NCBI GenBank assembly: GCA_035448065.1
Contig: DAOTIG010000002.1
Span: forward strand, 234 to 64,233
From: Dermatophilaceae bacterium
GTDB lineage: Bacteria > Actinomycetota > Actinomycetes > Actinomycetales > Dermatophilaceae
DNA length: 64,000 bases
Reading direction: 5' to 3'
Shown: piece by piece, positions 44,393 to 53,783 of the stretch
Numbering within the stretch: the first letter of the stretch is position 1
How the letters are laid out: the number at the start of each line of letters is the position of its first letter
Program-made: the position numbers and the translations under genes
The notes under the pieces: generated by a model
Told to the model about the DNA's origin: nothing
What the model saw: only the letters and a program-made list of their open reading frames with translations
Databases searched by the model: none

Positions 44393-45021
44393 CCGCGGCC
44401 GCACTCGCCGACATCGTCGTCCTGGACGATGTCACCGCCGCCTACGACCCGGATCGGCCGGTGATCCGCGGCCTGACGGCGGGCATCGCCGCTCAGGGCC
44501 TGACCCAGGTGGCCGGTGGCAACGGCACCGGCAAGTCGACCTTCGTCGAGCTGCTCAGCGGCTACCTGTCACCGATCCAGGGCACAGTGACGGTGGCCGG
44601 CCAGCCGGCCGGCGCCCTCGCGGCACGTCCCTTGCGACGCATTGTGCGCACCACGCCGGCCCTCTTCGACCTGTTGACCGTGCGGGACCACCTCACGCTG
44701 TTCGCAACCGCCTACGGGATCCCGGTGGCCGGGCAGCTCGAACGCGCCTCGCGCCTGGGCCTGGCCCCATGGTTCGACGAGCACGCCTCGGGCTTGTCGT
44801 CAGGGACCGCGAAGAAGCTCTGGTACGTCATGTGCTCCGGCGGCCGGCCCCGCCTGGTCGTCCTGGACGAGCCATTCAACGCCGTCGATGCCGACGGCGT
44901 CGACACGATGGTCGACGAGATCACCGCCTGGGCGGCAGACAGCGCCGTGGTCCTCGTCGCCCACACCGTCCCCGCGCGCCTCGAGGTCGACCAGGTGCTC
45001 ACCTTGGGGGGACCGGCATGA
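44389..45021 (+). CDS. ABC transporter ATP-binding protein (short, 210 aa)
   Basis: ATGA overlap. Walker A GGNGTGKST, signature LSSGTAKKL, Walker B LVVLDEP. Confidence 0.85.
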   Translation: MTAAALADIVVLDDVTAAYDPDRPVIRGLTAGIAAQGLTQVAGGNGTGKSTFVELLSGYLSPIQGTVTVAGQPAGALAARPLRRIVRTTPALFDLLTVRDHLTLFATAYGIPVAGQLERASRLGLAPWFDEHASGLSSGTAKKLWYVMCSGGRPRLVVLDEPFNAVDADGVDTMVDEITAWAADSAVVLVAHTVPARLEVDQVLTLGGPA

Positions 45022-45983
45022 CGCCCCTCGAGCCGATCGAGGTCCGGGCCGTGGGGCTGACCAAGCGCTTCGGCGACCTGTCCGCCGTGCAGGACGTCTC
45101 GTTCACCGCCCCGGCCGGGGCCGTCACCGCACTGCTCGGGGGCAACGGGGCCGGGAAGAGCACGACGCTGCGTCTCATGCTCGGGCTCAGTCACGGCGGT
45201 GGGCGGACGACCTACGGCGGACGGCGGCTCGTGGACTGGCCCGCGGCATACCAGCAGGTCGGGATCTTCCTCGGGGCGCCGGCCTTCCACCCCGGGCGCA
45301 CTGCACGCGACCACCTCCGCGTCCTCGCCAGCGGCACCGCCATCGGCCGGGACCGCGTCGACGAGGTCCTCGCCGCGGTCGGGCTCGCCGCCCGCGCCAT
45401 GGACCGACCCCGCGGCTTCAGCACCGGCATGCGCCAGCGGCTCGGGCTCGCCGCCGCTCTGCTGGCCGACCCGAGCGTCCTCGTCCTCGATGAGCCGATC
45501 AACGGGCTGGACCCGCACGGCGTCATCGCGGTGCGCGAGCTGTTGGCCGCTCACGCCCGGCGAGGCGGGACGGTGATCCTGGCCAGCCACATCCTCTCCG
45601 AGGTGGTCCTGGTGGCCGATCGGGTCGTCATGGTCGCCGGTGGGCGGGTCGTCGGCGACTCGACGCTGGCCGACCTCCTGCAAACGAGCACTCGGGTCCT
45701 CGTGCGGAGCACCGAGCCGCATCGGCTGGCCGCGGGCTTGGATCGGGCCGGTGGGCAGTGCGCTGCCTCGACCAGCGATCCGGACGAGCTGGCCGTGAGA
45801 GGTCTCGACCAGCGGTCGGTCGCCGAGGTGGCCCGCGATCTCGGCATCCTCGTGTGGGAGCTCACCGCCGAGCGGTCCCTCGAGTCCGTCTACCTCGAGC
45901 GGGTCGGCCAGCCGGCCGGCGCTGCGGACAGCGTCCTCGATCACCACGCGCTCAGCGGAAGGACCGTCGATGTTGCATCATGA
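45018..45983 (+). CDS. ABC transporter ATP-binding protein (321 aa)
   Basis: ATGA overlap. GGNGAGKSTT, FSTGMRQRLGLA, VLVLDEP, ASHIL. Confidence 0.85.
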   Translation: MTPLEPIEVRAVGLTKRFGDLSAVQDVSFTAPAGAVTALLGGNGAGKSTTLRLMLGLSHGGGRTTYGGRRLVDWPAAYQQVGIFLGAPAFHPGRTARDHLRVLASGTAIGRDRVDEVLAAVGLAARAMDRPRGFSTGMRQRLGLAAALLADPSVLVLDEPINGLDPHGVIAVRELLAAHARRGGTVILASHILSEVVLVADRVVMVAGGRVVGDSTLADLLQTSTRVLVRSTEPHRLAAGLDRAGGQCAASTSDPDELAVRGLDQRSVAEVARDLGILVWELTAERSLESVYLERVGQPAGAADSVLDHHALSGRTVDVAS

Positions 45984-46698
45984 GCTGCGCAAGCTGCTGA
46001 CCTTGCGTTCGACCTGGATCTCGGCGACCGTCGCCTGCATCGCCTCCGCCGCCGTCGCGGCCCTGCTCGGGTGGGCATTCACCAGTCCTGAGCTCGGCTA
46101 CAGCGGGGACAGCCTCGGCCTGCTGCAGACTGTGGCCCGCACGACTGGCCCGAGCCTCTACTGTGCGGCCGTGCTGGGGGTGACCGCCGTGCGAGCTGAC
46201 ATCCGGGACGGCGTCGCCCGACTCACCCTGGTGCGGGAGCCGAGGCGTGACCGGGTCTGGGCCGCGAAAGCGGGCGCGACCGCCCTGCTCGCCGGCGCGA
46301 TCTGCCTGCTGTCCAGCCTCGCCGAGGTCGCTCTGGTCTGCGCCCTCTTCGATGCCGTGCCGGTTGCTGGCGGGCTGCGAGCGGTCGCGGTGCACACGCT
46401 CGTCGGCATGTCCTGGGCGTTGGTAGGCATCGCGCTCGGCACGATCATCGACAGCGTGCTGCCGGCGGTGCTCGCCGTGCTGGCGCTCCCACTGGTGATC
46501 GAGCCCCTCGTCACGGCCCTCGTCGGTGGACCCGTGGCCTGGCTGCCCTTCGCGTCCGGTCACACCGCCTATGCGCTCATCGGCGGCGACGTCGGACCCG
46601 GCGCCTCGGCCGGCGGCGCCAATCCAGCAGCCTTCCTGCTGTTCGTCGTCGGCCTGGCGGTGCTCGCCCTGCGACGGTTCCGGACTGCGGAGGTCTAG
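45970..46698 (+). CDS. ABC-2 type transporter permease
   Basis: MLHHELRKLLTLRSTWISATVACIASAAVAALL..., six TM-like segments. Overlaps the ATPase gene by 14 nt. Confidence 0.7.
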   Translation: MLHHELRKLLTLRSTWISATVACIASAAVAALLGWAFTSPELGYSGDSLGLLQTVARTTGPSLYCAAVLGVTAVRADIRDGVARLTLVREPRRDRVWAAKAGATALLAGAICLLSSLAEVALVCALFDAVPVAGGLRAVAVHTLVGMSWALVGIALGTIIDSVLPAVLAVLALPLVIEPLVTALVGGPVAWLPFASGHTAYALIGGDVGPGASAGGANPAAFLLFVVGLAVLALRRFRTAEV

Positions 46699-46789
46699 TC
46701 GTCCCAGACCGCGCCGGCGGACGAGGAAAGACCGACCGGCTCGAAGCGGCCGGTTCGGGACGCCGACTCTCGCGAGGCGACCTCGTGCG

Positions 46790-48163
46790 TCACCGAGGCG
46801 GCCCGGACTGCGCCGCGGCGACGCTGCCTGAGCCGCTCTCCGGTGAGCGGGCGGCATACAGCAGCGCGAGACCGGCGACGAGCACGCCGAACGACACGGC
46901 CGGCGTCACCTCGCCGACGAGGAAGAACTGCGGCCGGTTGCCGAGGACGTCGACGCCGACGATCGACACCATGAGGATGCCGAAGACCGTGAGCAGCACC
47001 CCGAGCACGGCGAGCGGGTCGACCCAGCGCGGCTGCTGCGTCGGTATGCCGCGGGCCCCCTTGGGCCCCGCGTCGAAGCGCACGAAGAGCGCCACGAGCA
47101 GCGCGGTGGGGACGGCCAGCACGAGGAACCACAGCGGCCGGCTCCACCACCACGAGGCCGTGCCGACCTCGGGCAGCCCGATGCCGAGCACCCGGGCCGC
47201 GAGGATGGTCAGCAGCAGGGCGGTGAGGTGCCAGAGGAAGGCGGTCATCGCGAAGGCGCCGGCGACCACGACGGCCCGCCAGACCCGGGGGCGCTCGAGC
47301 ACCCGGCGCATCGTGCCGCGCAGCAGCGCCGCGGCGCCGATGAGCGCGAGCCCCTGACACAGCAGGGCGAAGCTCGGCGGCGCCATGTTGGAGATCTCGT
47401 CACCAGGCAGGCCGACCATCGAGACCGGGTAGGGCCCGAGCGTCACCGCCGCGATCAGGCCGACCGCGCCACCGCCGAAGAGCACCCAGGCGATCTGCGT
47501 CGTCAGCCGGCCGTCGCGCCACGAGAAGCCGAGCTGGTGCAGGGCGAGCCAGACCAGCGCGAAGTTGAGGTTGCCGACCAGCCCGATCCCGGCGCCGAAG
47601 CGGATCAGGTCGACCAGTCCTGCAGCGACCACGAGGCCGAGCACGGCCCAGAGGCCGGCGCGGCGGTGCAGCCGAAGCATCGCCGGCGCGAAGGCCGCGA
47701 TGCCGAGGTAGATGCCGACGAACCACAGCAGCTGGGGCACCATGACGAGTGCGTCCCGGATGAGCCGGCCCTGCTCGCCGCGGGTCCAGCCGGCGAGGTG
47801 AGCGACCGCGCCGAGGATGACCCACACGACGAGGAAGGCGAGGGTGGGCCGCATCAGCCGGGCGGCCCGGGAGCGCACGAACGCGGCATACCCGATGGGG
47901 CGTTGCAGGGTGTGCGCGTGGGCGACGCCGCCGACGAGGAAGAAGAGCGGCATGACCTGCAGCACCCAGGTGACCGGCTGCAGGGCGGGAATCAGCGTGA
48001 GCGCATTGGTGATCTGGCCGTCCGGGGTGATCGCCACCATGAGCCAGTGGCCGAGCACGACGACGAGCAGCGAGCCCACGCGCAGGGTGTCGGCCCATCG
48101 ATCACGGTCGGCCGGCGTGGCCGCCGCCACGGCGGAGGCGGTCCGGGGGCGTTGCTCGGTCAC
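46790..48163 (-). CDS. Acyltransferase family 3 membrane protein
   Basis: DRWADTLRVGSLLVVVLGHWLMV near the N-terminus, followed by about 10 TM segments. This is the typical Acyl_transf_3 layout. Confidence 0.8.
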   Translation of the reverse strand: MTEQRPRTASAVAAATPADRDRWADTLRVGSLLVVVLGHWLMVAITPDGQITNALTLIPALQPVTWVLQVMPLFFLVGGVAHAHTLQRPIGYAAFVRSRAARLMRPTLAFLVVWVILGAVAHLAGWTRGEQGRLIRDALVMVPQLLWFVGIYLGIAAFAPAMLRLHRRAGLWAVLGLVVAAGLVDLIRFGAGIGLVGNLNFALVWLALHQLGFSWRDGRLTTQIAWVLFGGGAVGLIAAVTLGPYPVSMVGLPGDEISNMAPPSFALLCQGLALIGAAALLRGTMRRVLERPRVWRAVVVAGAFAMTAFLWHLTALLLTILAARVLGIGLPEVGTASWWWSRPLWFLVLAVPTALLVALFVRFDAGPKGARGIPTQQPRWVDPLAVLGVLLTVFGILMVSIVGVDVLGNRPQFFLVGEVTPAVSFGVLVAGLALLYAARSPESGSGSVAAAQSGPPR

Positions 48164-48232
48164 CCCGCAACTGTGCCACGAGCCTCGCCCCGGACGCCTC
48201 CGCCGTTCAGCAGGCGGGTGTGCGGTGCGGCG

Positions 48233-48496
48233 TCAGCGGGCGACCGGGCCGTCGTCCCGCCGCTCGACGTGCTCGACGTGCCCCTCCTCGATGTTGCGCC
48301 GCTCGACGACCGACGTGTGGGAGGTGTTGGCCCGCTGCTTGTTCATCGTCAGCGCCATGATGAGGGCGAGCACGCCGCCGCCCATCAGGATGTAGCCGAA
48401 CACGTCGAGGTTCTGCTTGACGAGCTGGTTGTCGATGTTGGTGAACGAGATGATCGCTCCCAGAACGAGCAGGAAGATCCCGAGACCAGCACCCAT
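48233..48496 (-). CDS. Small membrane protein (DUF6458-like)
   Basis: Internal ATG preceded by AAGGAG. Sequence: MGAGLGIFLLVLGAIISFTNIDNQLVKQNLDVFGYILMGGGVLALIMAL... Confidence 0.6.
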   Translation of the reverse strand: MGAGLGIFLLVLGAIISFTNIDNQLVKQNLDVFGYILMGGGVLALIMALTMNKQRANTSHTSVVERRNIEEGHVEHVERRDDGPVAR

Positions 48497-48589
48497 GTTT
48501 GTCTCCTTGTGTGGGTCGCGCGCTCGTGGCGCGAGTGTCTGGGCGGTACCCCGGGACAGCGCTTTCACCACGTCAAGAGCGCGGGCGAG

Positions 48590-50599
48590 TCAGCCGTGCC
48601 GTCCCTCGCGGGCCTCGTCCTGACGGGCCAGTCGGGCCAGCTCGTCGTTGTATGCCGCGAGCGCGGCATCCCCGTCACGGTCGGCCTGCCGGTCCAGCCG
48701 GCGGGCCTCGGCGGCGTCGGAGCGCACCCACTGCAGCACGACGATGAGCGCCAGGGCGAGTGACGGGACGTCGCCGATGCCCCACGCGATCGCGCCGCCG
48801 AGACGCTGGTCCTGCAGCGGATCGGGGATCCACGGGATGCCGATGATGCCGAAGAAGTCGGGGGCGATGAGGGTGTCGCCCGACTGCAGCGCGACGCCGA
48901 AGAAGGCGTGGAAGGAGATCGTCGCGAAGAGCACGACGAGCCGCAGCGCCGGTGCCCACTTGCGGGGGCCGGGGTCGACGCCGACGAGCACCATGGCGAA
49001 GAGATAGCCGGCGAGCAGGAAGTGGACGACCATCAGGATGTGCCCGGTGTGGGTCGTCAGCGCCAGCTCGAAGAGGCCGGTGTAGTAGAAGACGATGAGG
49101 CTGAAGGCGAAGTTGATGCCGGCGACGATCGGGTTGGCCCAGAAGGCGACGTAGCGGGAGTGCACGATGCCGAGGAGGATCTCGCGCGGGCCCAGGGTGC
49201 CGTCCTTGCGTGGGTGCTCGACCCGGATGACGAGGGTGAGCGGGGCCGCGAGCACGAGCAGGACCGGCGCGATCATCGCGATGGTCATGTGGCTCATCAT
49301 GTGCCAGGCGAAGGACACCCGGCCGTAGACACCGCCCGCCCCGCAGGTCGCCCAGAGCATGGCGACCCAGCCGAGGACCCAGCACACGGTGCGCCCGATC
49401 GGCCAGCGGTCACCGCGCCGGTGCAGCCGCACCACCGCCCCGATGTAGAGGGCGATGGCGAGGACGGCGACCGTGCCCCACAGCCAGTCCCAGCGCCAGA
49501 CGGTGAGCCAGGAGCTGCCGGTCGGCGCCGGGGGGATGGGGTAGTTCGTCAACGTCTCGGTGAGGTTGGCCGCCGGGGGGCGCACGTACTCAGGATTGGC
49601 GCTGCGGGACAGCGCGGTGGCCACGCCGACCGTGGCGCCCATGACCGCCAGCTCGGTGACCACGAGCCGCGCGAACAGGCCTGCGGCAGTGGGGTTCTCG
49701 CGTAGCTTGCCGATGACGTGCCGGCGCTGCTGCAGACCCAGCAGGCCGAGGACGACGAGGCCCACGGCCTTCGCGATGACGAGTGCGCCGTATGACGTGC
49801 GGAGGTCTCCCAGCCCCGACATGCGGACCGATGCGCTCACGATTCCTGACAGCCCGACGGTGACCAGCGCCCAGCCGGCGACGACGGAGTAACGGTCCAG
49901 GACGACCGGCAGCCAGGCTCGCAGCCGGGGCCGGAGAGCGACCAGGGCGGCCAGCCCGCCGATCCAGGCGACCGTGCCGACGAGGTGGAACAGGAGGGCG
50001 TTGACCGCGGTCTCGTGGTCGGCGGCGGTCGCCGAGTGACCGGCGAGGGCGAGCGGGAAGAGCGAGACCAGGCCGACGGCGCCGGCCCAGCACAGCGACG
50101 CGCGGCTGGTGCCGACGGCGGTGATCGTGACGGCGATCGCGGCGAGCAGGGCCGAGATGAGCCCCTCGCGCAGCGACTCCACCGACCAGACGAACTGCTG
50201 CAGCTGGCGCAGATAGGCGCTGCTCGTCGGGGAGAGCCCGACGATGTCGCCGAAGCCGAGGAGCACGCCGACCAGGCCGCTGGCGATCCACACGATGCCG
50301 GAGCGGACGGCGATCCGGGGCGCCGCGGCCAGCGCCTGCTTGGCTCGGTCCGGCACGGCGACGGCACCGAGCAGCAGCAGGCCGACAGTGAGCGCAGCCG
50401 ACAGGTCGTGCACGGCGCGGACGATCGGCAGCCCCCAGCGCACGACCGGCCCCGGGTCCTGCAGCCCGGCCACCGGCGGCTGGGTAGCTCCGCCCCCCGC
50501 AGCGGCGGCGACACAGGCGAGCACGGCGGCAGTGAGGGTGAGGACGGCGGCGGTGCGCGGCATACCGGATGAGCGGGCTGAAGTGGCAGCGAGGGCCAT
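48590..50599 (-). CDS. Fused CopD-like copper resistance / cytochrome c oxidase assembly (CtaG-type) membrane protein
   Basis: 669 aa with about 14 TM segments. The N-terminal half is CopD-like (many His in TM loops). The C-terminal half is caa3_CtaG-like (WHMMSHMTIAMIAPVLLVLAAP, HFLLAGYLF). Confidence 0.8.
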   Translation of the reverse strand: MALAATSARSSGMPRTAAVLTLTAAVLACVAAAAGGGATQPPVAGLQDPGPVVRWGLPIVRAVHDLSAALTVGLLLLGAVAVPDRAKQALAAAPRIAVRSGIVWIASGLVGVLLGFGDIVGLSPTSSAYLRQLQQFVWSVESLREGLISALLAAIAVTITAVGTSRASLCWAGAVGLVSLFPLALAGHSATAADHETAVNALLFHLVGTVAWIGGLAALVALRPRLRAWLPVVLDRYSVVAGWALVTVGLSGIVSASVRMSGLGDLRTSYGALVIAKAVGLVVLGLLGLQQRRHVIGKLRENPTAAGLFARLVVTELAVMGATVGVATALSRSANPEYVRPPAANLTETLTNYPIPPAPTGSSWLTVWRWDWLWGTVAVLAIALYIGAVVRLHRRGDRWPIGRTVCWVLGWVAMLWATCGAGGVYGRVSFAWHMMSHMTIAMIAPVLLVLAAPLTLVIRVEHPRKDGTLGPREILLGIVHSRYVAFWANPIVAGINFAFSLIVFYYTGLFELALTTHTGHILMVVHFLLAGYLFAMVLVGVDPGPRKWAPALRLVVLFATISFHAFFGVALQSGDTLIAPDFFGIIGIPWIPDPLQDQRLGGAIAWGIGDVPSLALALIVVLQWVRSDAAEARRLDRQADRDGDAALAAYNDELARLARQDEAREGRHG

Positions 50600-50646
50600 G
50601 GATCCACCTTAGGCACCCGAGCCCGGCGCACCGGACCCGGCTTCAT

Positions 50647-50663
50647 TTGCTTGCAGCAAGCAA
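50647..50663. promoter_or_regulatory. Perfect 8-1-8 palindrome TTGCTTGCAGCAAGCAA, likely the MarR operator
   Basis: It lies in the 66-bp divergent region between the copD-like gene (50599) and the marR ATG (50666). Confidence 0.5.
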
Positions 50664-50665
50664 CT

Positions 50666-51145
50666 ATGAGACGGTTCTCCGTCGTGACCACCGACACCCT
50701 GACGGCCGAGCTGGGCGAGGAGCTCATCCGGATGATCAAGGTGCTCGTCGCCATGCGTCAGCACGCTCCGGCCCAGCACCCGCACGTCGACCACACCCAC
50801 TGGCCGGTGTTGTTCAACCTGCGCGAGCCGCGTCGGGTGTCCGACCTCGCCGGGTGCGTGCATGCCGACGTCAGCACGGTGAGCCGCCAGGTCAGCCACC
50901 TCGTCGCGCACGGGCTCGCCGAGAAGCTGCCCGAGCCGGACGACGGTCGGGCCTACCGGGTCTCCCTCACCGCCGAGGGACGAGCCCTGACCGACCGGAT
51001 CGCGGCGACGCGCGGCGAGTGGATCGCCCGCCTCACCGCCGACTGGAGCCCGGCCGAGATCGCCGGCTTCCTCGCCTCGGTCACCCGCTTCGCCGATGCC
51101 CTCGAGGCAGCCAAGTCCGCGACCACCCAGGAGCCCCGCCGATGA
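50666..51145 (+). CDS. MarR family transcriptional regulator
   Basis: ATG at 50666 preferred over the track's TTG at 50651, which lies inside the palindrome. The wHTH is RVSDLAGCVHADVSTVSRQVSHLVAHGLAEKLPEPDDGRAYRVSLT. Confidence 0.85.
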   Translation: MRRFSVVTTDTLTAELGEELIRMIKVLVAMRQHAPAQHPHVDHTHWPVLFNLREPRRVSDLAGCVHADVSTVSRQVSHLVAHGLAEKLPEPDDGRAYRVSLTAEGRALTDRIAATRGEWIARLTADWSPAEIAGFLASVTRFADALEAAKSATTQEPRR

Positions 51146-52875
51146 CCACGCCCGCGTATGCCGCCGCCGAGCCGGACGCCCCGCTCACCCATCGGCAGAT
51201 CGTCACCATCCTCATCGGCCTGATGATGGGGATGTTCCTCGCCGCCCTCGACCAGACCATCGTCGCCTCGGCGATGCGGGTCATCGCCGACGACCTCCAG
51301 GGGCTGTCCGCGCAGGCCTGGGTGACGACGGCATACCTCATCACCTCGACGATCGTCACCCCGCTCTACGGCAAGCTCTCCGACATCTACGGGCGCAAGC
51401 AGTTCTTCATCGCGGCCATCACGATCTTCACCATCGGCTCGATGCTCTGCACGCTCGCCTGGTCGATCCCGTCGCTCGCGGCCTTCCGCGCGGTGCAGGG
51501 CCTCGGCGCCGGCGGCCTCTTCTCGCTCGCCCTGGCGATCATCGGCGACATCGTCCCGCCGCGCGAGCGGGCCAAGTACCAGGGCTACTTCCTCGCCGTC
51601 TTCGGCACCAGCTCGGTGCTCGGCCCGGTCATCGGCGGCTTCTTCGCCGGCACCGAGTCGATCCTCGGGGTCACCGGCTGGCGTTGGGTCTTCCTCGTCA
51701 ACGTGCCGATCGCCGTCGCCGCGCTCTTCGTCGTGACCCGCACCCTGCACCTGCACCACCACCGGCTCGACCACCGGATCGACTGGTGGGGCGCCGTCGC
51801 GCTCACCGTCGCGCTCGTGCCTTTGCTCATCGTCGCCGAGCAGGGCCGCGAGTGGGGCTGGACCTCCACGACCGCGCTCGCCTGCTACGCCATCGGCGTG
51901 GCCGGGCTCGTCGTCGGCTGGTTCGTCGAGCGGTCGATGGGCGACGAGGCGCTCATCCCGTTGCGGCTCTTCCGCAACCGGACGATGACCTGGGCCTCGA
52001 TCGGCTCGGTCTTCATCGGCATGGGCATGTTCGGCGGGCTCGCTGCGCTGCCGCTCTATCTGCAGATCGTCAAGGGCGCCTCGGCGACCCAGGCCGGCCT
52101 GCAGCTGCTGCCGATGACCCTCGGCATCATGACCGGCTCGGTCTTCTCCGGCCAGATGATCTCCCGCACCGGCCGCTACCGGCGCTACCCGATCATCGGC
52201 GCGGCGCTGCTCGTCGTGTCGCTCTTCGCCTTTCACTACGTCACCGCCGACACCCCGCTGTGGCAGTCGATGATCGTCATGGTGTTCTTCGGCATCGGGC
52301 TCGGCTTCAACTTCCAGCCGCTCACCCTCGCGATCCAGAATGCCGTGCCGCCGCGCGACATCGGGGTGGCCACCTCGTCGGCGACCTTCACCCGTCAGAT
52401 CGGCGGCACGCTCGGCACGGCGATCTTCCTGTCGCTGCTGTTCAGCGGGGCCAAGGACAAGATCGGCGAGGCCTTCCGCGCCATCGCGCCCACCCCGGAG
52501 TTCCAGGCCGCGCTGCGCGACCCGCAGGGCGACCCGGCCGCCAACCAGGCTTTCATCGCCCAGGTCAAGGCCGGCGCGGCCTCGGGCGACGCGGCATCGG
52601 GCTTCGGCAACGCCCTCAACGACAGCTCCTTCCTGTCGCACATCGACCCCCGGTTGGCTCGGCCCTTCCTCGTCGGCTTCAGCGACGCGATGTCGACGGT
52701 GTTCCTCGTCGCGTCGGGGATCCTCGTGCTCGCCTTCCTCGCCTCGATGCTGCTGCCGCATGTCGAGCTGCGGTCCGGGTCGGCCTACAGCCAGCGCAAC
52801 GCCGAGGCCCGCGCGGACGCCGCTGCGGCCGAGGAGGATTCGCTCACCGAGCCGCTGCCGCCGGCCGGGCACTGA
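51142..52875 (+). CDS. MFS transporter, DHA2 (EmrB/QacA, 14-TM) family
   Basis: ATGA overlap with marR. LDQTIVASAMRVIADDL, GKLSDIYGRKQFF and 14 TM segments. Confidence 0.9.
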   Translation: MTTPAYAAAEPDAPLTHRQIVTILIGLMMGMFLAALDQTIVASAMRVIADDLQGLSAQAWVTTAYLITSTIVTPLYGKLSDIYGRKQFFIAAITIFTIGSMLCTLAWSIPSLAAFRAVQGLGAGGLFSLALAIIGDIVPPRERAKYQGYFLAVFGTSSVLGPVIGGFFAGTESILGVTGWRWVFLVNVPIAVAALFVVTRTLHLHHHRLDHRIDWWGAVALTVALVPLLIVAEQGREWGWTSTTALACYAIGVAGLVVGWFVERSMGDEALIPLRLFRNRTMTWASIGSVFIGMGMFGGLAALPLYLQIVKGASATQAGLQLLPMTLGIMTGSVFSGQMISRTGRYRRYPIIGAALLVVSLFAFHYVTADTPLWQSMIVMVFFGIGLGFNFQPLTLAIQNAVPPRDIGVATSSATFTRQIGGTLGTAIFLSLLFSGAKDKIGEAFRAIAPTPEFQAALRDPQGDPAANQAFIAQVKAGAASGDAASGFGNALNDSSFLSHIDPRLARPFLVGFSDAMSTVFLVASGILVLAFLASMLLPHVELRSGSAYSQRNAEARADAAAAEEDSLTEPLPPAGH

Positions 52876-52922
52876 CGCCCAGCGCCGGTCGGCCCGGAGC
52901 GATCGCGGTGCCGGGGGAGTGA

Positions 52923-53783
52923 CTATCCCTCGACCGCGTCGTCGAGCTCGTGGACGGCCAGCAGGTAGCCCATCGACCCGCTCTGCCCTGGCTCGATGAC
53001 GACCGTATGCCCGCGCACGTTCGCCGACTCGACGCACAGGAAGCCGGGCCACGCGTCGCCGAGGTCGGCCAGCGTGTGCGCGGTCTGCTCGCCCGGGTTC
53101 CACACCACCCGCTGAGCCGCACCGGTCGTCTCGACGACCAGCCGACGGCGCAGCACCGGGTCGGTGACGGTGACCGTGCGGCTGCTCTCGTAGATCCGGT
53201 CGGTCTCGCCGGCGATCACCAGCTCGTCGGACTCCTGCACCCGCTGGGTGGGCGCGCCCACCATGTCGAGGTATGCCGCGCCGCCCAGACCGCCGACCCG
53301 CACCGTGCGCACGTCCCCGACCCGCAGGTAGGTGTGCAAGGCCGCCTCGAAGACGAGCGGCTCGGCGCCGGTGTTGCTCACCTGCAGCGACACTCGCAGC
53401 CGCTCGCCGAAGACCGCCGTGAGCCGGGTCTCGAAGAGGTAGGGATAGAGCTGGCCGAAGCGCGGGTCGCAATGCGCCGTGAGCAGATAGGTGAGCGCCG
53501 TCTCGCGCTCGCCGTCGACCTGCTTCTCCAGCGCCCAGCGGGCCGTGCGAGCCAGCCCATGCCGGGGCGACCGGTCACCACCCGGGCCGGCGCCGAACCA
53601 CGGCCAACACACCGGTATGCCGCCCCGGATCGCCGCGGTGCCGTCGAGGACCGCGCGCGGGCTGACGAAGAGGACCTCCTCGTGGCCGGTCGGTCGCCAG
53701 GACAGCACGGTGGCGCCGTGCGCGCTGACCCGACCGGTCGCGGCGGCATTGCCGATCTCGCGGATGTCGCTCATCGAGCTCAT
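52923..53783 (-). CDS. D-hexose-6-phosphate mutarotase (aldose 1-epimerase family)
   Basis: Internal ATG overlapping the E2 stop (ATGA). AIRGGIPVCWPWFG...RHGLART..W, FEAALHTYL, LCVESAN. Confidence 0.8.
   Translation of the reverse strand: MSSMSDIREIGNAAATGRVSAHGATVLSWRPTGHEEVLFVSPRAVLDGTAAIRGGIPVCWPWFGAGPGGDRSPRHGLARTARWALEKQVDGERETALTYLLTAHCDPRFGQLYPYLFETRLTAVFGERLRVSLQVSNTGAEPLVFEAALHTYLRVGDVRTVRVGGLGGAAYLDMVGAPTQRVQESDELVIAGETDRIYESSRTVTVTDPVLRRRLVVETTGAAQRVVWNPGEQTAHTLADLGDAWPGFLCVESANVRGHTVVIEPGQSGSMGYLLAVHELDDAVEG

Noticed and set aside
50953-53472. 839-aa minus-strand ORF
   Set aside because: It is antisense to the MarR and MFS genes and out of frame with the mutarotase gene. Its composition (R/G/A/D/E-rich) is non-protein-like.
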